A program made the position numbers and the translations under genes. Positions 45,649 through 51,707 of a stretch of DNA of 51,707 bases are shown one piece after another. The stretch is from Elusimicrobiota bacterium (GTDB lineage Bacteria > CG03 > SLGR01 > JBDRKX01). Below the pieces are notes generated by a model. That model saw nothing but the letters and a program-made list of their open reading frames with translations. It did no database searches and was not told where the DNA came from. The stretch is taken from positions 1 through 51,707 of the forward strand of contig JBDRKX010000091.1 in assembly GCA_043813605.1 (NCBI GenBank). Reading direction: 5' to 3'. Numbering within the stretch: the first letter of the stretch is position 1; each line of letters starts with the position of its first letter.

Positions 45649-46427
45649 AATATTTTTTTTATCTGTTCAATAAAACCGGCTGTTTTAAGCTGGATTTCCT
45701 CCCAGGCAGAACCGGTTCCGTATATGCCCTGATCCTCAAGAGAAAGATAAGACACTACCTGGTCCTTAAATTCTTCAAAACTGATTCTGAAAATATTATC
45801 ATATGCCTTTACCGCATTTTTTTTATTTGTAAACTCAAGCTCACTGTAATTATTAACCTGCGAGTTCAATACATACAGGTCAAAGATATCTCTTGCCTGC
45901 AATATTTTTCGATTTGCAAGCGCATCGATCTTCTGAATCAATGCGGCCCGGATATCATAATGTGAAACCAGCACAGGAGGCAGCTTATATGAACGCAAAA
46001 TAAGCTCTGAAATAGTATTGACTGAATTTTCTCCTTTCATGCCTCTCCTGGAAAATTCAATTTTAGTAAAAAGGTCTTCTCCTGAAACCGTTATCAGATG
46101 GACCTTAAATCTCTGAGTTGTTTGTGTCTGCTTGGCCCTGTTAATATCAGGAGGTATGACCTGTTCTATACCGAATGTTCTAAGCGTGTCTTTTAAAATA
46201 TTCATTTGCAGAATCTTCATAACCGTATCCTGTAATACGTCTACGCTTATACCCGCAACATCCATATCCATATCTTCCGAATAGCGGAAACTTTTAAAGA
46301 AGAACCTCAGATTTGCCCCTCCTTTCAGAGTATAGTCCTCGGATTTTATTTTTTTTACCATACACCGTAAAAATTCGATATGAAATATTTCCCTTATTTG
46401 TAGCTGATTATAAATTTCGCTGCTCAT
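45645..46427 (-). CDS. abiEii: AbiEii-family nucleotidyltransferase toxin
   Basis: LKGGANL..FRYSEDMD, KIEFS, KIDAL..R..ARDIFDL. Confidence 0.88.
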   Translation of the reverse strand: MSSEIYNQLQIREIFHIEFLRCMVKKIKSEDYTLKGGANLRFFFKSFRYSEDMDMDVAGISVDVLQDTVMKILQMNILKDTLRTFGIEQVIPPDINRAKQTQTTQRFKVHLITVSGEDLFTKIEFSRRGMKGENSVNTISELILRSYKLPPVLVSHYDIRAALIQKIDALANRKILQARDIFDLYVLNSQVNNYSELEFTNKKNAVKAYDNIFRISFEEFKDQVVSYLSLEDQGIYGTGSAWEEIQLKTAGFIEQIKKIL

Positions 46428-46431
46428 GATA

Positions 46432-46469
46432 ATGTATTATAATTTAGTTTTAACTAAACTTCAATACAT
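46432..46469 (-). promoter_or_regulatory. Promoter within a dyad operator; near-leaderless abiEii transcript
   Basis: TTGAAG-17-TATAAT ends 8 nt before the ATG; ATGTATT-n4-TTTAGTT-TT-AACTAAA-n4-AATACAT dyad. Confidence 0.65.
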
Positions 46470-46522
46470 AGTTAAATCAGGAGGGTATTAAATGAACCAA
46501 CGCTGGTCTCGACATTTTCGTG

Positions 46523-46660
46523 CGCTTCCCGCCAATTCGTCCCTCGCCCCTCGTCTTTCGTTTTTGTTTCTCTTCACGAACGACGTTTCACGAACGACGT
46601 ACGGCGGTCGCCCAAGCGACCTCACGCTTCACGCGGCATAAGCCGCTATACGCTTACGCT
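46523..46660. repeat. Heptamer-based composite repeat with GGTCGC-CCAA-GCGACC hairpin (one unit)
   Basis: Nearly identical to the units at 48450-48728 and 49322-49385. Confidence 0.9.
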
Positions 46661-46661
46661 A

Positions 46662-46690
46662 TAATTAAGTATTGTGTCACCTTAATTACA
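46662..46690. repeat. 29-bp site TAATTAAGTATTGTGTCACCTTAATTACA (copy 1)
   Basis: Identical to 49386-49414; 8-bp inverted arms around an 11-bp asymmetric core. Confidence 0.9.
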
Positions 46691-46702
46691 CAATAAATGG
46701 GT

Positions 46703-47731
46703 TTAAAGCACCTGCTCAAGAATTTTTTTTACATCACTCAGGAAAACCGTAAGATATTCCTTTGAAGGATACAGACGGTCCTCCGAAATGCACTGATCTA
46801 ATCCGGATTTCTCAAATTTGTTTTTTAACGACTTCATCAGCGCTCTCAGCTCCGAAGACTGTACTTCCTGACTCTGCTCAACCAATTCCTTGTTATTTAA
46901 AGCAAACCATATTTCTTCCAGGGAGCCGAATAGCGCGGGCCAGTTTATCCATTTTACCGTCATCTTTTTTTCGGAGAGAAAATCCAGCCACTTTTCCTGT
47001 TTCAGCCAGTAATATTTTTCTCTGCCCTCCGGCCGCACATAAACACTGCCGGATTTTGACATCTCTACAAGTGTATCCTGTACGGTTTTCTGGGAATAGC
47101 AGGTTTCCGCCGCGATCCTGCTGGGATGCCCGTGTTCATGCGTTAACAGATAAAGGATGATCTCGCACCTGGCGGTAACTCCCAGAAAACTCCGCAATCT
47201 GCATAACAATCCAGCGCTCCCGTGCAGGGGAATTTCCCTGGAATTCCCGCTTAATTCTACTTTACCTCTTCTGAAACCGTGCTCCATAAATACCGGGTCC
47301 GTATTGCCGAAATGCCCGATCTTGCCGGATGAGGTCGAATAAAACAGGTCCTCCGTTTTGAAAGGTTTCCTGCGTTCCATAACAAGCCTGTTGAATTTCC
47401 TTATATTCTGTTTTGCGCTGAGATACCCCGTAACCGCCCCTACCACATTTATACCCGCGAAGCGTTCTTTACGGCAAACCGCCTTCAGGCGCTGCGTGTT
47501 GAATACGTAAGAGTTTAAAGCCAGCCAGTCCATCAGTTCGTCAAAGAGCCTGGGGTCATACCTGCCGATGCTCACGGTTAAAAGTAAAAGCGCTTCGGGA
47601 TCCATCACATGTCCGGCCCTGCCGGCTCCATAGCCGGCCACGCCGAGCGCCGACCACTGGTTCCACAGCAGCTTGAGCATTCTTTCAAGATAATATTCTT
47701 TAAATTCTTTCAGCGATTTTTCCATATCCAA
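46703..47731 (-). CDS. Hypothetical protein with an internal wHTH-like segment, partner of the nucleotidyltransferase
   Basis: ARCEIILYLL..HPSRIAAETCYSQKTVQDTLVEMSKSG; overlaps the upstream gene. Confidence 0.6.
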   Translation of the reverse strand: MDMEKSLKEFKEYYLERMLKLLWNQWSALGVAGYGAGRAGHVMDPEALLLLTVSIGRYDPRLFDELMDWLALNSYVFNTQRLKAVCRKERFAGINVVGAVTGYLSAKQNIRKFNRLVMERRKPFKTEDLFYSTSSGKIGHFGNTDPVFMEHGFRRGKVELSGNSREIPLHGSAGLLCRLRSFLGVTARCEIILYLLTHEHGHPSRIAAETCYSQKTVQDTLVEMSKSGSVYVRPEGREKYYWLKQEKWLDFLSEKKMTVKWINWPALFGSLEEIWFALNNKELVEQSQEVQSSELRALMKSLKNKFEKSGLDQCISEDRLYPSKEYLTVFLSDVKKILEQVL

Positions 47732-48296
47732 GTTTTTCCAGCATATCCTTCAGCATCCGCCTGAACCCATCTGAAACATCATGGGTCATTGCCCAATCTG
47801 ACGCTTCTTTTATCTCTTTGACTGACGGGGAAAGTCTCAATAAGTCTTCAACATGCCGGCCGGGGCCTGAATCCGCAGCCGCATACAGTTTAAAATGTAT
47901 TAAGTCGTACCTGCCCGCAAAATGCACGGTTAGACTTTCACTGAATTTTGATGTTTTCATCCTTTTTTGAAAACCTTGCGGGAGCCCAAGACGGACCAGT
48001 CCGGATGCATCTGTATTTAACCAGCGCTCCGGTAAGCCAAGGTCCGAGGCAACTTCACGCGCCAGGCTGACAAGTCTATCCGGTAACTCGGAGAGTTCTT
48101 TAACAGTTATCTGCATATCGCCGGTTCTTTCAGCAACTCCGATTACATCCACGTCTTTAGTAACCCCCATTGAAAATCCTTCCATAATCAACGAGGCCCC
48201 GCCGCACACAACAAGTTCGTAATGCCCCGCGTTATTCAGGTCCATCTTACTGCCGAGAAGCCTTAAAGCCTTATTCAATTCCTCTTTATTTAGCAT
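47700..48296 (-). CDS. DUF6036-like nucleotidyltransferase
   Basis: LVVCGGASL..TKDVDV, WLN, DLIHFKLYA..RHVEDL. Confidence 0.7.
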   Translation of the reverse strand: MLNKEELNKALRLLGSKMDLNNAGHYELVVCGGASLIMEGFSMGVTKDVDVIGVAERTGDMQITVKELSELPDRLVSLAREVASDLGLPERWLNTDASGLVRLGLPQGFQKRMKTSKFSESLTVHFAGRYDLIHFKLYAAADSGPGRHVEDLLRLSPSVKEIKEASDWAMTHDVSDGFRRMLKDMLEKLGYGKIAERI

Positions 48297-48331
48297 AATC
48301 TATACCGCTTGTAATTAGTGGTTATACTTAC

Positions 48332-48359
48332 ATTATAATAATTCTGTGGACTTTTTCAA
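48332..48359 (-). promoter_or_regulatory. Sigma70-type promoter for the nucleotidyltransferase pair
   Basis: TTGAAA-16-TATAAT. Confidence 0.5.
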
Positions 48360-48401
48360 GTGGTCAGGCTTCAATCTTACGGTTTACTGCTTCTTCCCCA
48401 C

Positions 48402-48728
48402 TCTTCACGTTTCACGTCCTACGTTTCACGCGGCGCAAGCCGCCATGCTCTTTTCTCTTCACGAACGACGTTTCACGAACGACGTACGACGGTCGCCCAA
48501 GCGACCTCACGCTTCACGCCAATTCGTCCCTCGTCCCTCGTCTCTCGTCTTTCGTTTTTGTTTCTCTTCACGAACGACGCTTCACGAACGACGTACGACG
48601 GTCGCCCAAGCGACCTCACGCTTCCCGCCAATTCGTCCCTCGTCTCTCGTCTCTCGTCTTTCGTTTTTGTTTCTCTTCACGAACGACGTACGACGGTCGC
48701 CCAAGCGACCTCACGCTTCACGTTTCAC
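48402..48728. repeat. Three tandem heptamer-based composite units (periods 109 and 95 bp)
   Basis: GGTCGCCCAAGCGACC at 48491, 48600 and 48695, between CGTCYCT-type and TCACGAA/CGACGTW-type heptamer runs. Confidence 0.95.
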
Positions 48729-49007
48729 TTAATACGCGCTTTCGCGGGCATCTGCAGCTATCATATACACGACCATTTTTTTATCGTCAATCGTATAAAA
48801 AAACCGGTGATTACCTATCCTATAACGCCATGTTTCAGGCTTGTAGTCCCTTAATTTCTTTATATTCTTACCGAAATACGGATTATGCCTCAACTGGGGA
48901 TATACAAAAGAAATGAGTTTTTTCCTTATCTTAGCCTGGCGCCCGCTGAAGTCCTGCTCAAGATCGCTGCTGAATTGGGCAGTTTCAAATATTTTGAAAT
49001 TACTCAA
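48729..49007 (-). CDS. RelE/ParE-family toxin
   Basis: 92 aa; NPYFGKNIKKL..WRYRIGNHRFFYTID..VYMI...R..AY. Confidence 0.85.
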   Translation of the reverse strand: MSNFKIFETAQFSSDLEQDFSGRQAKIRKKLISFVYPQLRHNPYFGKNIKKLRDYKPETWRYRIGNHRFFYTIDDKKMVVYMIAADARESAY

Positions 49008-49242
49008 CCAGGTTTCCCTTGTTTTTCTTCGCGTCGCTGTGCCCGGCCTTCAGCTTATCCATCAGGTGTTTGTCCGATTTGATCTGGGACATTTCAACGG
49101 GGTCAGCATAATAAGATTCCTCAATATCCCGCACAACCGTGGCAGTGATAAAATTGGATAGGGGCCGGTGCTCGATTTTGGCTGCATCCGCTATCTTCTT
49201 GTATTCTTCGTCAGACAATCTCAGCGTTATAACTTTTGACAT
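49000..49242 (-). CDS. RHH/CopG-like antitoxin
   Basis: VITLRLSDEEY..I..AA..RPLSNFI; overlaps the toxin start; GGGAGG RBS. Confidence 0.8.
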   Translation of the reverse strand: MSKVITLRLSDEEYKKIADAAKIEHRPLSNFITATVVRDIEESYYADPVEMSQIKSDKHLMDKLKAGHSDAKKNKGNLVE

Positions 49243-49260
49243 TTGAACCTCCCTGCTACA

Positions 49261-49305
49261 TATCGTATTCTATTATATTCTAATGTATTCTTTTTTATTT
49301 GTCAA
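49261..49305 (-). promoter_or_regulatory. TA promoter with three 10-bp-spaced GAATAY direct repeats
   Basis: TTGACA-17-TAGAAT; GAATACATTA GAATATAATA GAATACGATA. Confidence 0.7.
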
Positions 49306-49321
49306 CGGACAGGTCAATTCC

Positions 49322-49385
49322 CTCTTCACGAACGACGCTTCACGAACGACGTACGACGGTCGCCCAAGCGACCTCACGCTTCACG
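49322..49385. repeat. Partial heptamer composite unit with GGTCGCCCAAGCGACC (49358-49373)
   Basis: Matches the 48565-48623 unit. Confidence 0.9.
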
Positions 49386-49414
49386 TAATTAAGTATTGTG
49401 TCACCTTAATTACA
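49386..49414. repeat. 29-bp site (copy 2), at the truncation point of an rSAM remnant
   Basis: Identical to 46662-46690. Confidence 0.9.
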
Positions 49415-49467
49415 GGCTGCTGGATAAATTTTATAAGGTTTCTTCTTAAATTTCTTTTTGGAAACAT
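49411..49467 (-). pseudogene. 5' remnant (19 codons) of a paralog of the 40731..41870 radical SAM gene
   Basis: MFPKRNLRRNLIKFIQQPV versus MFPRRNFKRNLIKFFQQPV (15/19 identical); overlaps the DegT 3' end as the intact copy does. Confidence 0.85.
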
Positions 49468-50594
49468 TCTTTTATTACCTTTAAATGCTTTAACTTGACA
49501 AAACAATTAACCGGCAAGGTTAACAAGCGCTCTGCCATGTATATTGAATTTTTATAGTCTTCTCTATTTAGTTCTAACTCTTCAAACTGGTCGAAAACCG
49601 GTGCACCATATAAATAATTCGTTTCAATTCCGGCTTTTAATAATCTCTTTTTTATTACTTCTTTCCTTGACAAATCCTTTACGAGCACAGGGAACCTGTT
49701 CCAGACTATGTGAGCTTTATCAGATATTTCGGGAACCAAAAATTCCTTACTATCTTTAAAAAATTCATAGAGAAGACCGCCATTAACAAATCTTGGGTTC
49801 AAATTTTTGGCCTTTGTTTTAAATATATTAAGCGCCAGATTTTTCTGGGCTTTTGACATCGGCTTAAATATAATTTGTGCAGGGGAAGGAACTTCCCGAA
49901 AAGACGACAACAGTTTTCTAACAAGGCCATAGATCATTGGGCGTGACAATATTGATAGCGCAATTGCTTTTGCAAGCAGTTTAAATCTTTCAAAAACACT
50001 CAGTTCTTTGATCTGTATATATTCTTTTTCAACTCTATCAACAATATCTTCATCATCAACAAAAAGCGCTCCGCCATCAGAAGCTGTCAAATTTTTACCC
50101 TTACCAAAAGAAAGAACAGACACCGCACCAAAACTACCCACATTACCATTGTCTATCTTCGTACCAAAAGCCTGACAAAAGTCATCTATCACATAGCTTC
50201 CCTTCTTCTGTGCAATTTCAGAAACAGCTTCCATATTTTCAGGATTTCCAAAAAGATGCACCGCAATAATTGCCAGAGTATTATCAGTTGTATTCTCTTC
50301 CAGTTTTTCCAGATCCATATTAAATGAGGCCAGAGACATATCACAAAATTTTACTTTACAGCCTGCCTCACGTATAGCAACATAAACTGTATTGGGATTA
50401 TAGGCGGGCATAATTACTTCATCTCGCCCTGTCTTCTCTCTTAATATCTTTAAAATCAGCGTTAGCGCTTCACCACCGGAAGAAAACAAAAAACAATGTT
50501 TTCTATTAAAATATGCGGATAATTCTTCTTCGATCTCACCCCTGGAAAACAGAGGCGATAAAATCGAAAATTTACTTGCCGATATAGGTATCAT
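49446..50594 (-). CDS. DegT/DnrJ/EryC1/StrS-family PLP aminotransferase (copy 2)
   Basis: EVIMPAY, AVHLFG, IDDFCQAFG, SFGKGK; paralog of 41837..42994. Confidence 0.85.
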   Translation of the reverse strand: MIPISASKFSILSPLFSRGEIEEELSAYFNRKHCFLFSSGGEALTLILKILREKTGRDEVIMPAYNPNTVYVAIREAGCKVKFCDMSLASFNMDLEKLEENTTDNTLAIIAVHLFGNPENMEAVSEIAQKKGSYVIDDFCQAFGTKIDNGNVGSFGAVSVLSFGKGKNLTASDGGALFVDDEDIVDRVEKEYIQIKELSVFERFKLLAKAIALSILSRPMIYGLVRKLLSSFREVPSPAQIIFKPMSKAQKNLALNIFKTKAKNLNPRFVNGGLLYEFFKDSKEFLVPEISDKAHIVWNRFPVLVKDLSRKEVIKKRLLKAGIETNYLYGAPVFDQFEELELNREDYKNSIYMAERLLTLPVNCFVKLKHLKVIKECFQKEI

Positions 50595-51226
50595 TTTGTT
50601 ATTTCCACTAAATATCCTGTTCGCATTATTCTGCCTATCGGAATATACTCAACTTTCTGATAATTCATGGTATTTAAAATATCTTCTATGAATTTTTTAT
50701 CATATAGTTTTACCAGAGGTTTTGTACTATCTAATTTAAGCGCAATCCAATATAAAAAGCTAAAAAGCACGTTCTTCCTGTTTCTTATATCAAAATAAAC
50801 CAGACCGCCAGTGGCGCACACTCTAAGCATTTCCTGAACTATACCCGAAACAGATTTGTCTTCTTTTTGATTAAAGATTCCATTCAGAAATAATACATGC
50901 TCAAAAGTCTCATCACCATAAGGCAGAGAACCGGCCTGTCCGGCTTCTAATTTTACATTACTTATACCTTCTATTATGAGCTGCTGCCGGGCATGCTCTA
51001 AAATTTTTTCCCAGCTGTCTATCCCGGTAAATTGAGCTGAATTCAGTTCTTTTGCCGCCCTCCTAAGAAACAGCCCTTCTCCGCAACCGACATCAAGTAT
51101 CCTGTTCTTGGGTTTACAATATTTTATTAATTGCGTAAATGCCTTTTTTCTGACCATTGAAGAAATTCTTCCCCTGGAAAAATCTTTTCCCACTATAAGC
51201 TTTCTTATTTTAGTTAATAAATTCAT
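50591..51226 (-). CDS. Class I SAM-dependent methyltransferase (copy 2)
   Basis: ILDVGCGEG; paralog of 42991..43626. Confidence 0.9.
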   Translation of the reverse strand: MNLLTKIRKLIVGKDFSRGRISSMVRKKAFTQLIKYCKPKNRILDVGCGEGLFLRRAAKELNSAQFTGIDSWEKILEHARQQLIIEGISNVKLEAGQAGSLPYGDETFEHVLFLNGIFNQKEDKSVSGIVQEMLRVCATGGLVYFDIRNRKNVLFSFLYWIALKLDSTKPLVKLYDKKFIEDILNTMNYQKVEYIPIGRIMRTGYLVEITK

Positions 51227-51707
51227 CTATTGCTTTTTTAACTTCCTCAACACTTATGCTTTTTAAACATTTTAAATCCTTACAATCATATTTCTCGCAC
51301 GGAGAGCAATTCATTCCATTATACAAAACACGCGCATTAGCAGAAATTACTCCCGGATCATACCGGATAAAATCACCGGGACCCATTATTGCTATCATTG
51401 GCGCGTTTAACGCGGCTCCTATATGAAGTATTCCCGTATCATTCGTTATTAATAATTTACTTTTTGATATAATCCCGGCTATTTTCATTAAAGAGGTTTT
51501 CCCACTAAGATTATTTATTTTCCCCGGAAACTCTTTTGCTATTATATCCCCTATTATTTTTTCATTAATGCTTCCTGAAAGAATAATATTATAGCACTTC
51601 TTCTTTATTAAATAATCTATGATTTCTATAAATCTCTCAACCGGCCATCTCCTGCTGGGCAGACCCGCGCCGGGATTAATTACTACTGCATTTTTCTCTT
51701 CTTCCGT
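51210..51707 (-). CDS. GT9 (heptosyltransferase-like) glycosyltransferase, 5' part outside the window
   Basis: The frame is open to the window end: INPGAG.PSRRWPVERF, LSGKTSL, LITNDTGILHIGAAL, CSPC..C..KCLKSI. Confidence 0.88.
   Translation of the reverse strand, partial: TEEEKNAVVINPGAGLPSRRWPVERFIEIIDYLIKKKCYNIILSGSINEKIIGDIIAKEFPGKINNLSGKTSLMKIAGIISKSKLLITNDTGILHIGAALNAPMIAIMGPGDFIRYDPGVISANARVLYNGMNCSPCEKYDCKDLKCLKSISVEEVKKAIDEFIN

Noticed and set aside
46662..46690. Canonical XerCD dif site or integron attC
   Set aside because: No match to the XerD arm TTATGTTAAAT, no RYYYAAC/GTTRRRY ends, and no integrase in the window
1126..47342. Numerous short antisense or alternate-frame ORFs nested in long genes
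   Set aside because: Shadow ORFs without recognisable motifs, overlapping well-supported minus-strand genes
48450..48728. CRISPR array (palindromic repeats at regular spacing)
   Set aside because: The intervening sequences are near-identical heptamer runs rather than unique spacers, and there are no cas genes in the window
48346..48854. Plus-strand ORFs of 128 and 164 aa (also 49283..49498)
   Set aside because: They are translations of the repeat elements and antisense overlaps
1..51707. tRNA, rRNA, riboswitch or diversity-generating retroelement
   Set aside because: None recognised by eye; no reverse transcriptase or adenine-specific TR/VR pair seen. A covariance-model scan was not possible

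Overview
All recognisable genes lie on the minus strand, in four zones (transcription runs right to left). (1) 36.4-51.7 kb is a surface-polysaccharide/glycosylation locus: GT9, SAM methyltransferase, DegT aminotransferase, radical SAM, GT4, WbqC, PIG-L deacetylase and a WecA/MraY-like transferase. Its methyltransferase-DegT-rSAM unit occurs twice. The first rSAM copy is cut off after 19 codons by a 29-bp inverted-repeat site. Between the two copies lies an island of self-promoted toxin-antitoxin/defence-like modules (RelE pair, DUF6036-like nucleotidyltransferase pair, AbiEii/AbiEi, AAA-DUF4143), punctuated by heptamer-based palindromic repeats. A RAYT transposase with five REP hairpins, three of them inside coding sequence, is also inserted in the locus. 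(2) 33.5-36.4 kb is a compact RiPP-like cassette: HPr-kinase-like protein, PqqD/RRE, radical SAM/SPASM, a 46-aa Cys-containing precursor with a YxxP leader that is absent from the ORF track, and an S26 peptidase. (3) A MerR-type HTH gene is followed by a giant secreted repeat protein. It is split into 7160-aa and 2939-aa ORFs by one extra base in a G5 run, and would be 10,058 aa if repaired. (4) An 834-aa secreted PQQ-propeller protein with a C-terminal YPNP-type domain is flanked by ACTTACA heptamer repeats. The protein style suggests Elusimicrobiota or a similar uncultured lineage, but this is only an impression. All family assignments are by eye from motifs; no database searches were run.
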